In this document: one piece after another, positions 40,200-52,700 of the stretch
Layout: each line of letters begins with the position of its first letter
How positions within the stretch are numbered: position 1 is the first letter of the stretch
Assembly (NCBI GenBank): GCA_965285935.1
Contig: OZ260667.1
Coordinates: forward strand, 52,886,001-52,950,000
Direction of reading: 5' to 3'
DNA from: Ophelia neglecta
Taxonomy: Eukaryota
Length of the DNA: 64,000 nt
Notes under the pieces: generated by a model
What the model saw: only the letters and a program-made list of their open reading frames with translations
Told to the model about the DNA's origin: nothing
The model's database searches: none
Made by a program: the position numbers and the translations under genes

Positions 40200-42250
40200 T
40201 ATGTGGAAGTTATGCACTTTTTGCAACCATTTAAAAACAGCTGCCGGGACACCAGTCAGCAGAGAATTGTACTAGCGAATGCTGATGGCACAGGTGCATT
40301 TACCGAATTCTACGTGGCATCAGTTGTCAAACTTTTTCTGATTGGACCAAGATTGAGGAAGTTGACTCTGGCGGACCTGACGACCGACGAAGCGTGAGCT
40401 TGCAATGTGAACGACTGGTCAAACATAGCTCCCGATGCTTAATTTGAAAGAAGAGTAATATAATCCAGTTCTATGCAGACATTTCTCAATTCAGAATAGA
40501 CGACCAATCCTCTGTTCAGATAGATATATCCGAGTAAAGAAAAAACCTGTCGACTATTATCCGTGGAAGGCATGATCTGGCAGCTTCGGCTCCAAGTCCT
40601 TGCAGATAAGTCAGATAAACAACACCACATACTGGGCTAGACTCGCTAACAGTTAAATAGATATCGTCCGACCAATCCTCGGAAGCCAGGCATGAACAAA
40701 AATTTGTTTCAAGAATATTGCCTCGTCTCAAACTTGCCATTTGGTTCAGAGATCAAAGAAAAAGCGGTTGCCGTGCATATTGAGTCTCATCTGAGCGCAA
40801 ATTACCACAGCGATCCGTTTCATTCAGTATTCCGTGAGGTTCATTCAATTGAGGCAGCCTTGCTTAAGGTTCGCCCTGACATAGCTGAGGCACTGGAGAA
40901 TGCAGCAGTGCAAAAAAAATGGTTATACTCGACCATTGTGTTGCCTATGATACCCTAGAGCACGACCTTGTTCTTAGTCGTCTTGATCATATGTATGACA
41001 TTCGTGGCCAAACTCTGGCATGGGTTAGATCATACTTGGACAGTAGTTGGCAGGTAGTATCTATTGGTGGCAGAGCAGACGGCTTTGTGTTAACGGCGAA
41101 AGCGAAAGCTTCGGCGAAAGCCGCATGGCGTCTTAAATTGAGCTAATATGATCAAAATAATAGCCCTACCCTTACCAATTAATATCAAAAACAACATTGA
41201 GATATCTGGGATAGGTTGGGTTATAAAACAACTGATATTTTAGATTAATGTGTCACCAATGCTGCTTTCGCCGAAGCTTTCGCTTTCGCCGTTAACACAA
41301 AGCCTAGTAGACAATGTCCCACAAGGCTCAGATGGGCCCAAAGGTGATGTTTACTGCTTACATACATACAGGAAGAATGGAAACGTGCTGAAACTTGATG
41401 TCAGCAAGACCGAAGTGTTTTTTTCGGTTCAAATACCGGCCTTTGTCTGTCGATGATTTGACAATTTAGTTTGAATCTAGTACGATGTGAAAGATGTCAG
41501 AAACTTCAGAGTGAATTTTGACTCCCATTTGACTATGGACGTTCATGTCCTGCCTAATGAGAGGTCCTGTAATTTTCATCTCAGGAATGTCCAGAAGATT
41601 CGCAAGTACATGTCAGAAGAGATTTGCAAAACCTTGGTCCTGGCAACAGTTATTTCACGCTTGGTCTACGGGAACGCTTTGCAGATGGGCCTGTCTCAAA
41701 ATAAGCTGAAAAGGATACAAAAGGTCTTAAACAGATCCGCCAAGCTGATTACATACACGCTTAGAAAGCGCTAAGAGAGCTGCACTGTCTCCCAATACAG
41801 CAACGTAAAAATGTGTTGCTGCTGTCTTTCAATCCAGAGGCCGCCATATTTATCTGGTTTATTGAGCCACCATAAACCAACTCATGAGCTCAGATCTTCA
41901 GCGCGATCCCTTTTATCTATGCCACGTTCAGCCACTATAACGTATGGGGAATCGGAGTTTGAAATAAGTGGCACCACGCCTCTGGAATCAGCATCCTGCC
42001 CCTTGAGACACGCTTCAGTGGTATCTTTTAAAAAAGATTTAAGGACATGGTCTTTATGCAAATATACAATTAGTCTCAATCTAACATAATTCTAGTAAAA
42101 TTTTACTCTCTTTATTCTCGTGAGACTAGCTTTGGTATAATCTTGTTCATTTTATTGATTATGTTTCTTAGTATCTATATGTACATGTGTCATTGTAAAT
42201 TGCTTAGAGCTGTAGTAGGATAGGTGCTGTAGAAATGCAATAAATATATT
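40200..42250 (+). mobile_element. Degraded L2-type LINE (RT domain to 3' tail), interrupted by a MITE
   Basis: Fragments VRPIL.KPG, YCLVSNLPF..IKEKAV, HSIEAALLKV, AYDTLEHDLVLSRL, WVRSYL, VPQGS, LKLDVSKTEV, FHLRNVQKIRKY..ISRLVYGNAL and PPYLSGLL..LRSS. L2-like 3' end tgtaaattgcttagag...ggtgctgtagaaat at ~42194-42240. Confidence 0.9.
41081..41304. mobile_element. 224-bp MITE with perfect 41-bp TIRs
   Basis: ggctttgtgttaacggcgaaagcgaaagcttcggcgaaagc (41081-41121) is the exact reverse complement of 41264-41304. The flanks gagcagac/tagtagac may be a degenerate 8-bp TSD. Confidence 0.9.
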
Positions 42251-42941
42251 ATAGATACTATAAGATGGCATGGTCAATTTATTTCCACAAATATAGCTTT
42301 GACTTATAAGTCTTGGTTTTCCTTAAGAAATGAAGTATGGATTTCCAATCACTGGGATATGTACTTGGTCATTGATGTTTCGTTTGGCCCTATAATTCCA
42401 GTGATTGTTATTGTGTATCCAGCCACTTCTGTTAAATCTACTTATCAGCATTTTCATTCGTGTTCCTGACACATGTGTTCAGCCACCCAACACAAATACC
42501 TACTCTGTCTCTCGATCAGGTTCAGTCAATCACCAGTCAGGTGAAATAATCTGGTCATAAACCTGCTGCGCAACGTGTAAAGACTTTGAAATAAGTCGCT
42601 CAACTCTGTTTAAGTGACTGTACTACACCAGTCCATGCATCATGCCAGCTAGGAATAATTACTCTGCTGGAAAAATGAAACATGCCAGGAGCCTAGTTGC
42701 GTATCTTGTTCGAGTTTAAAACGCCTCTTGATACCGTACTAAGTGACATGAAATGAGAATGGCATGAAATATACGATTGCCATTTAAATGTCATTGGCAA
42801 GAAATTGAGATTGCGGCTTTCGGTCCATTTCTTTTTTAATCGAATAAACAAAATAACAATCTCGTCTCCAAAGTTAACTATATCTGCTTGCATTAATGAT
42901 TTAGACTGCGAGATGGCTCTTATTCAAATCAAGTTAGACGA

Positions 42942-42957
42942 TAATAATAATGATATT

Positions 42958-42995
<38 letters not shown>

Positions 42996-43030
42996 TAATA
43001 ATAATAATAATAATAATACTGATAATAACA
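42942..43030. repeat. (AAT)n microsatellite
   Basis: Directly visible, imperfect AAT run of about 29 units. Confidence 0.95.
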
Positions 43031-44419
43031 TTGCGGCAAATTTCCTAAAACGTGGGGTTTCTATGCGCTATGTAGTAAAACATGACCAATCATGTTTGTA
43101 TAAGTTATGTATACATTTTTAAGTGGTGCTTAATGCACAACAACAGATAAATTGTATTGTTTGAACAAAAATCGTGATCAATTAGCTTACGATTAGCACA
43201 GATAAAATCGCACATATAAGCAAAATCTATATCAAAATCGCGCTTGAACAGGTAGTTTTTAGCTGTCTTTTGGGCCAATTTACAAACTCACCTGCCTGCC
43301 GTAGAATCACCCCGGATTATTTAGTTTTCGGTATAACGAGTAGAGTGAAACCGTAGAGTACGGCTAGATTCGTATTACTGTAGCGGCTCGAAGATGTACC
43401 ATTCAGGTCCTCCTAGGCCAGCAGCGAAACTGGAAACCAGTGAAGGTCAAAGAGGACCGATGTAATTTGGCCATGTATTTTTGCACATCTTGCAGCGAAT
43501 TTTGCACTTTCTAGTGCTATTCCAGGTAGGAATCTCCTATGGCCTTATTCCTATTTTAACCAATGACCATTTTATTTTATTTAACTATTTTCTGGAATTC
43601 TGTTCACATAAAACCATATACATGTACACACATTTTAGGCCGTAACACCAACATCTATGCAGCTATTGCCTGAACAAACTCGAGTTTTCTATGTAATGAT
43701 TATGTATTGATTTTTTAGTCGACGTGAATTGAAATGTAGACATTGTGCTACTCTAGAATCAGGTCATGCAATATCGGCGATGACAATGTCTGTCAATGCA
43801 ATTCCTTGCTCCTGTGAGAGAGAAGTGCTGAAAAATCAATAGGAAACTAAGGTCCTCTTTCTTTGCAAAAATGTAATATATTTTAGCACAGTAAGTCGTA
43901 ATGTCGTAAGTGTAAGTATTTTATGAATTCGTATGATCTTAAAAAACGTTGTTAACGACGATCATATCCTAAACATAACGCCTAGGTTTACGATATAAAC
44001 CATATTTAACAATTCGAAGTGTTTCCTTGTAAACAGTTACGCCTTGCTGTCCACGCTGCGCAAAATGTTGTGACAGATGTTGTAATATAGTTCTGTCTTT
44101 AAACGCAAATCTAAGATACATATTAAAAATGAACTATCTCTCCTTATTATTTAAATTGTACTGTATTTCTGTATAAAGGTCATGCAGCCGGAGCTCTCAA
44201 ACTTTGTTTAGTATAATATGAAAGGATTTCTAATATTCCCAGCGATGCATTATCTTCCTGTCAGCTGATGTATAATAGGCAAGTATACTGAAATGTTCGA
44301 TAAAAGCGGACATTATATGCGTGCTTGGCAACTTGGAAGAACATGCGGCTTGAAGTACTGGGATCATTTAATAGCAGCTAATGAAGCACCCTGGCTGACA
44401 GCAGGATTAGATTCTTATA

Positions 44420-44598
44420 GAGTGAAATCTGTCTCTTAAGGACAGCCAAGGGACTGGCTAAAAGTGACCACATTAGCGAGGGAACCCTAATTAAGCAGGT
44501 AAATTTACATAAATGTAAATGGAAAAGGACTAGAAAAGCATTCCCTTAATGGCAAGGTGACCTTATCACAGAGTTGACCCCTAAGCCAGGTTTGACTG
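44420..44598. mobile_element. Tc1/mariner(pogo)-type MITE, 179 bp, degenerate
   Basis: ta|gagtgaaatctg...caggtttgactg|tc. It shares CCAA(A)GGGACTGG and its length with the element at 46359-46537. Confidence 0.55.
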
Positions 44599-46358
44599 TC
44601 TATGTAGTGGCCTACATTGCCAGTGTAGAAAGTTCTGGTTTCTACGTATAAAGCAATCCTCTTGAATAGGGGATTTGCGAGTAACAAACGTTGCTAGCTA
44701 ATAACGTCATACTGGCATAGTTGCCAAAGGCGAGGGAAAACTCGGGGGATACGACACAGTCATGTCCTTACTCAAGAAATATTATGTTAAAAAATGTCTA
44801 GTTTTTCAACTCACTTACTCTTTTCTTCCTGAGGCGGGGACAAGTAGGACACTCGGAATCAACATATGGTCAGCCGCCTACAAGGTACAGACCAGGGCCT
44901 GGGATTTTGAACCATGACTCGGGAACGTTCATCAGTTTGTTCGATCTACGGCGATAGATTCTTTATAATTATTCTAATCTAGAAATCTAACGCTATTCTT
45001 TAATCTCCTGAGAAAAGGAATAGCTATTCTATTCCCTGTTTTGCTTTCTTGTGATATCGAAAATAATACGCCTAATCTATTTTATAAAAAGCCAGATATG
45101 ACAAACTTGTTTTAGTATGTCCCAATTTTCAAGGAAAGGTGACTATCTAACTTTATTTAAGTAATATGCTAGGCCTACACAAGCAGAGAACGAACGAAGT
45201 TCCAAAGTAAGCTCCGGGCAACACACCTTACCAAAAACCATAGATTAGATATTTCCGATATAAACCAAGCCTCCATGTCGCTCTAGCCAAGTACATAAAT
45301 GAAGTTTTAACAAATAGGGATAGTTGTTTATACTAATTGGTTCTGTGTATCGGTGACAAAAACTGTGCAATCGTTCTCTTTTATTGTGGTTGCCAATTTC
45401 TCTTCAACAGAATGTTTTCAATATCAACATAGTTTTTTCTTATATATTCCGTTTGTTTGTCGTATACTAAACTGTTTACAATTACTAGATTCGCAGCTTT
45501 GTAACTGAGCTAAAAACTACTTGCTTTGCACGCTCCGACAAATATTAAACCCACTGTATGCTGTTTTCATAATCAAAAAGCAACTTTTTTCATATGCACT
45601 CTGTCATACAAAACATGTAGACCCTCCTTACAGACTGGTGACTCGAGATGCTAGTCAACGCTAAAAGCTTATATGTTTGTGCAGTAGGGGGGCCTTTCAC
45701 CTACTCTAGTAATGTCGACAGTTGATGTCACCCCTTTACCCCTTATGTCAGCCATCATAATAAGGCATCCAGCTACATTGCACACTACATCATAAAGGTT
45801 TGCCTGGCGTGACCTTATTAAAATGCTCATATATCTCAAATGGACGAACGGAAATTGTACATGCGAGTTAACCCAAAGATCGCCTTTATCATCAAATTCC
45901 TTGTAGGGCAATGTTTTTGAAGGGTATACGGCGGAAGTGCTCCTTGGATATTATCCTCATCAAGGCTTTTACAGGCAGTCTTCCATTCCACTGAGTGCTA
46001 CAGACATTGCTAGTGCAATACTGTTCTACCTGGCTTGATGGGTTTTTTACAATAAGTACAGGTAATACCAGTGAGTGTCATAGCTCGGAGGCATACTTAA
46101 GGGAGCCTGCATCCCAGTCATACTGATTTAGAATTATCTGTTTGAGTGCATGAATGGAGTGGCCATGATGTAATTCTCTCTTATCCCTCTACGGAAAAGC
46201 GGGTGTTGCGCGGTGCTTTGAAAAAAAGGAGTTGATAACTGGCCTCTGGAAGAAAAAGCCAAATCATTGTTGAGGAATAGTCCATTCGGTTCGAAATCAT
46301 CCGGATCCACCAGCCACAGCCTGCTTGACGATAATAAAACGTATATGATACTCAAATA

Positions 46359-46537
46359 CAGTGAAACCCGTAAATTAAGACCACCAAAGGGACTGGAGAA
46401 CACTGGTCTGATTTTGAAGGTGGTCTGATTTGGACAGGTTATTTAACATTGAAAGTGTACAACAATATTCTCATAATGGTGGTCTGAATTTGCAGGTGGT
46501 CTGATTATAGAGGTGGTTTTTAAGGCAGGTTTCTCTG
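46359..46537. mobile_element. Tc1/mariner(pogo)-type MITE, 179 bp
   Basis: TA|CAGTGAAACC...GGTTTCTCTG|TA with a TA TSD, imperfect ~26-bp TIRs and internal GGTGGTCT repeats. Confidence 0.75.
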
Positions 46538-47861
46538 TATAATGGATCGCTATTGATTAAAGGTTTTGCTGTGTCTGACGGTTATCCACTTTCATTTTCG
46601 ACCTAATAATAAGTAATATTTTATAAAGGCTGTAAGGGACTGATCGCTCTGGGGGAGAGGAAGGCATGTGGGCTTATTTTTCAAAGGCACCTCGCTTATA
46701 GCCGCAGTTATATGACACAAAGTATAAAAATGTCTATGGTTGTTGAAATCATGTTAATCGTGTGCCTTAAATGGTCCTAGTGGTATGCCATCAGTTAGTC
46801 TTGTCTGCCTGCGATTGCAAGGGAACATCTAATCGTTTGGATCATGGTTTCCCGAGACTTAATCACGTATAGCAGTTACATACTGAAAACTCGACTTATT
46901 AGTGATATCGAGAACAAAAACAAAGATCGTAACCGTGGTAACCCGTCAATGCGCTCAAGGAGCATTCGAGCGCATTCGAGCTTTGTAAGATAATTTTCTT
47001 TCTCGTTGCGTATTCATCAGTTCAACTCTGCAATGTAGATTATATCTGAAGCCTGTCTGGCTGAAATGAAATCTGGCTTCTGAGATTTGTAGCAGGTTTT
47101 GTTGTAAATACATGTTTAAGATTCCAATGGTATGCAATGTTGACTTGGTTCATGTCTTCCATCACTATCATTGTGGCTTTCTCAATTTCTTACGCGGCTT
47201 CAGGTCATGCTTTTCACAAAAAGTTTCATCTCTTACCTCCAAGATGAATGATGATGCCAGGAAACAATCTCCGACCAGACATAGATTTGCTCATGAAGAG
47301 CCTGGCGTACTGTGAAAAGACACAGTGGATGCCATGCTTAATGTTTGCCAATCATTACTTACACGTTCTTTATAATAATAGCATAAGCTAGGAAATGTCT
47401 GTCATTTGCGTCGTAATTGACTCAAAGTCGGGATATAGATGTATACCGATTTTTGTATAGTATGGGAAAACTATTATATAAATCCTGCTAGGTGATGCAT
47501 AGATGAATTGGTATTATATAACCCATATTGCAGGGAAAGCCACAGTTAGTGAGCTATAGATTTTTGGCGCGCATGCATTAATATGTGTTCTAGCTTGCGA
47601 AACAAGTACGAAACATTAGCCATGCCGGTTTCGGCTTCGAGTTTGCAGCCTGAAGATTGAACATAAATGATGCAATTGTCGGCATTAAGGCGGGTGACGG
47701 GACTGTTCGGGCTCAATCAATGAGACTCATTGCCAATTTGCCCATTACAGCTGTGAGCTTCCAATTATTTTAATAGCGCTAAATAGCTGCAATTTGCTAG
47801 GGACCCCATTACCTGCCAGCTCAGCTGTGCGACCCGCGATGGAGGCCAATCCCTAATGGCG

Positions 47862-47875
47862 GTTACCCTGGCAAC
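47862..47875. promoter_or_regulatory. RFX X-box-like site within an enhancer-like block
   Basis: GTTACC-CT-GGCAAC fits GTNRCC-N(0-3)-RGYAAC. A second match, GTAACC-GT-GGTAAC, lies at 46929-46942. Confidence 0.3.
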
Positions 47876-48624
47876 ATCTGATGGAATCATTTTTAATGCG
47901 TTTTATCTTGGAAGGATGGCTCTACATATGTTGATAGATGAGATTGCAATACACAAAGGAGATTGGATCACCCTGCAATAAGAATACATGAATGAAGCTT
48001 AAAATTAGTCTTAAATAACAAGGTATCTCTTGTGATATAACTTTTGGGTCATTCATATTATTGAAGGGATACTTTTGTATAATGTATTTTTATATAGGTG
48101 TGACTTTTCTAGCTTATTATAAGTGTTTCCTTCTGTTATCCTAAAACACACCTTTGACTTAACTCCATCAATCAGGACTTATCCTTGCTAACTGCCGTTC
48201 CCATGCCGCTCCGGCCACTCCCAAAAATACTACATGTTCGTTGTGAACAACATAATACAAAGAAGTACGATAAGAAATGTCACATATAATACTACTTGAT
48301 GTCGGTCCTTTTCTACAGACATTTATTTCATATACTAATACTACTACAAAGAGAAAATACATGTTATAATGCATATAAGGTGTAAAAAGAAAATAACGTG
48401 GAAGCCAGGCAGAACAAGGCAACTTTGTTTTTTAAGAATAATTCATTAAAACGGCCAGATATCATCACGAACCGCCACCTGCAGGCCAGTATCAGTCCCC
48501 AGCTCCCCAATATACACACAGTAATATAAGTAGTATAGTATCACAGCAATGGAATTGACAATAGAACTAGATATCACTTAAAACGAGACACAGAGCACAT
48601 AACAATCGCGTCAGTTGTCTAGTA

Positions 48625-48685
48625 GGACAGAGATGAAATATTAGGAGAGTATATGGTAGGCTAATTTCTCTCATAACTTCGGGTT
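48625..48685 (+). repeat. Dispersed GGACAGAGATGAAATA repeat (copy 2)
   Basis: Shares the 16-mer and downstream GAGAG..CTCTC with the copy at 19625-19683. Confidence 0.55.
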
Positions 48686-49517
48686 AAAAATGAAATTTTC
48701 TCACTATACAGAGAGTGAGCGAAGGATGTCAAATTCTCCTATAAACTTTAGAGGAAACGGTTTTTTAACCTCCTTGCGATTCAATTGAAATTTCATAACA
48801 CTGCAAACATTATTAAGGTGAGCAGGTTTTAAACAATTAAAATGTACGAACAATCCCCGTCCATTTAGAAGAGATAAAACAACTTACCTGCTTGATTTGT
48901 GATCACCCCCACGTATGATGTTGTATTCCAAGCGGGTTTTAATGTATATTGGCTTTTTTAACATGCATATTTTCGGCCTACTCTTATCCGGCTGCTTCGA
49001 ACTATATGGGAAGCACCTGACATATTGGTAACAATCTGTCTTTCTATCTCCCATCATATTGATCAGGTTCATTATCTACGTCCAGATATATAATCGACTT
49101 CCATTAACCCAGCCCGAGCTAATGTAGCTTTTAGTATCAATGTATTGTAGATCCATTTGTCATATCCTGCAGGCTGACTACAGACTGGGCAATATAAAGC
49201 CACTGGCTGCGAACCCCAAAAAAAGTGTACGAGTGGTGGACAGTTTTGTAAAATTTTGAGCGAAAAATGTGATAAACACTAATGCCAAACCCACCGCCGA
49301 CAAATGATAATGGTAACCAACTTTTTGTAAAGTTCGAAGAGACCATGACCGTTTCTTGCATTTTTTTTCTTGGCCAACTAAGCCTCTGCGATCAATTTTA
49401 GTGTGTCAACTACAAGAGGTTAAAACTGCAAATAACATACATGGTTTGGAACGGGAGCATCGCTTTGAACGCTTTAAGTGACGGCAATTATTGACACATA
49501 AACACGCCCGAATAACA

Positions 49518-49523
49518 TTTATT
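49518..49523 (-). terminator. Candidate polyadenylation signal (AATAAA) for the minus-strand DEG/ENaC gene
   Basis: tttatt on the + strand, about 195 nt downstream of the TAA at 49716. Confidence 0.45.
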
Positions 49524-49715
49524 TAGATGTACAGAACTATTCAATAGTACAGGAGTACTCATATACTTCAGCTCTTCATAACTTTTAGGATGAAGGAATT
49601 CAATAGTGCCATTTATCACAACTAAAACCAAACCTCATGGCCTTGTAAATGCGAAACCTTACTTAAATATAAAAAATGCAATTTTTGTATTTGTCTGAAT
49701 GTATCGTGCATGAAA

Positions 49716-52700
49716 TTATTCATGTCTTTCGTCCACTTCCTTTTTATCGACGACATTTTGTCTCCTCCGAAACCCATTAAATTTGAACATTTCAGAGGTG
49801 ACATGTATGAGGAAATCTACAAATTGTGCCGCAGTCAACAAGGTCATTCCTAAAACAAGACCGAGGGCGCCGCCTATGTCACAGAATAAGGCGAGTGTGC
49901 TGTAACCAGGATATGACGTCATATCCATGTAGGCAGTTTCCTCGATAAACACTGACACAATAACAAATTCATCTCTGATCGTTGACTCTGGAAATTGCCT
50001 AGCGCCGGTTTCTCCAAGCCTCTTAGCAAGTGCTTTTGCATAGTATTTGGAAATGATTGAAGAAGACAAGCTGTAACCATAGTGAAAATGGTCACATTCT
50101 CTAGGGCAGTCACATTCCGCCAGCTGGTTTTCTGAATAATAATCGCGAATATACCTATTCGCACATGTTACCCATTGGATGGGGTTACACACGGGGACAT
50201 CACCTAGACAAAGAATGATACAGTTATTAGACGCCAGTTAAAGGCAATAGCTAGTTCATTTGATAGTTAGCTTCTTTCATTTTACCCGCTTTCCACAATG
50301 TAAAATAGATAAATACATCTGATCTCCCAATTCGTAAGACCATTCAGGTTCGATGTATTTTTATTTATCTGTATAGATATATTACCTGTCAATATAGAAT
50401 AAAACGTGTTTATATTAACCAAGGAAATTCATTAGGTCGACACAGTCGGTACACACACACACCTGTTTTCCCCTTCATGTTAACGATACATATCTAAGAT
50501 GGCTAGGCCAAGCAACTACATTAGAAATAGCATTCCTTAAAGAACCTAAGGCGATTCCCGGATTATTCTGTTTTTAAATTATTATTAAACATGTATTGTC
50601 AACTCACCGATCATGTGTGGCAACATACATCCGCATCTTTCAATAATATATTCACTTTCACACATCACTGTACATCGGCTGGCTGTGTAGTTATTCTCAT
50701 CAACACATTCACCATACGGAGTTGGTAATTCTTTTATCTACCAAAGAATGAATAACACTATAACTCTGTATCACCCTTGTGTCAGACGTGACCCGCCCCC
50801 CCCCCCCCCCCCACAGTTATCTAATATGGAAAACTACTCCAATACCCTTTTTGTTTCTCACATATAACGCTATGTGAAAATTGGACAAACACAGCTTGGC
50901 TGCGAAAACTCTATGATAAATAATCAGTCTGTAGAACTGCGAAGCACGGAAACAGACATTCGACAGAAAATTAATTAAGAATAGCCTATAAAAAATTGAA
51001 ATAAACAGGAAACACCGACTGCAGGCTCATGCACATCAATCCCCAGCCCAAAAGGAAATTTGTCTAGCAATGAGAGGCAACACTGATAGCCCTTGTAATC
51101 TAGATAGGATCTTAACCACGATGAGAGTCAGAGTAGACACATTAACACACTTGAAACTCAGTTGTGTCCGAGTAGACACGGAAACACACTTGAAACACAC
51201 TAGTGTGATAATAGAAACAAAATCACGCTTGATTACATGTTCTAGTTTTACGGCGACCTGCGTGTTGTATCCTGGATAAAGCTTCAATGCCAGCTCTCGT
51301 ATCAGCGGAATTTCTTCAGGTGAGTGAAGTAACAACTGCGGGAATTAAAAAAATATAGTATTAATAAAGCTATAAACATATGTCTCAGGTAAGTGGCTCC
51401 CAGTTATAATTTAAATGTGTTAAAAATAGCGAAGTTGTTGTTCTACTTACAGTCATATCTATAGCATTCGACCATGAAACTACCGTTCATAGACAAACAT
51501 TGATAAAAGGGAATTGGATCAATTCCGATCAGCTGGGAAAAATATTCTCATTTTTCCATTAAAGTCATAAGAGTCCCCCCGCCCCCCGCCCCCCCCCCCC
51601 CCGCCCCCACCACCACAAACACACAGGCACTTTGTTCCCGTTCGTTGGACAAGTAAATTGGCCACACTATCATATTCACAGGAAGTTGAGTAGTATATTA
51701 ATATTTAATTAGCCCACACAGAGATGAATAGCCTACCATTTGTCATTCAAATCCACTCACAAATAGAGTATCCTATTACCGGTTTGACTTAAAATCAATC
51801 AATTGTTTTTGAAAAAATTGCGGGGGCAAAGTGCGGGAGCGTGGATAAAAACAAATGACGCACGAGAAACAGGGCCGGGATCTATTGCTATTTTCGTAAC
51901 CGCATCCGCACATTAGCAAGTCCCCAATCGATGCGGCTGCCCTATGACAAAAATATAATACCGACCCATTTATACCAATTTGCGGTTGAGTAGTACATTA
52001 ATAAATTATTATGACCTGAGGTCCGTTCCAGATTGAATAGATGTACAATTGAAAAGGGACAATTTGACACTAATATCATAATATACAGAAGGGTTCACTG
52101 AATCGCTGCGGTGATTCGCCTTCTAACGGTGCTCATAGCAGCAAAAGACGTGATATGGAATTGGTCACAATACACAATGAGCCAGTTGACTGATTCGTAA
52201 GGTCGCATTTTCCAGTACTCGATTATGGCACATTTAAAAAAGGAAAATAATAAAACGGAAGAGAGGTATATAAAATTATAACGTTCTGCTTGATACCAGT
52301 AGCAACATTTACACTTACTCTGTGAAACTGGAGCTGAACATGTATACCATATGTTAGTTTAAATCTATATCGACTGTCTCGGGAAATATCTGACCCTAGC
52401 ACGATTAAAACTACTTTACTGTTTTATCAAAAATTGGCATTTAATTTTATCTAGCCATATGCCTAATGATATTTGCACCATACTCACTCTAAATCCGGCG
52501 GAAAATGATGTTGGATACAGGTAGTCTGACTCATTTATATTTAGGACGAGGAACAGACCGTTTAAAGTTCCAGGTATCTTGGCTGTCAGACTGTTAAATT
52601 TGCTTGTAGCTGTTACAGAAACAGAATTAAGAATATCTGTATTTGGACAGGCTCCTTTAGAGTTAATATGCTCCTATGTTTTCTATATAATTTATAACTC

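Noticed and set aside
40501-40680. 12-bp direct repeat CGACCAATCCTC suggesting a TSD
   Set aside because: The enclosed sequence still reads as degraded L2 ORF2, so it is not an insertion.
42805-43122. ORF with a poly-Asn tract
   Set aside because: Artefact of the (AAT)n microsatellite.
47236-47310. Minus-strand exon-like segment (cttttcacag|...GAG|gtaag)
   Set aside because: The splice signals are plausible, but there is no recognisable product or linked exons.
51131-51200. Two ~27-bp direct repeats (GAGTAGACAC..AACACACTTGAAAC) 39 bp apart in intron 6 of channel A
   Set aside because: Ordinary small local duplication.
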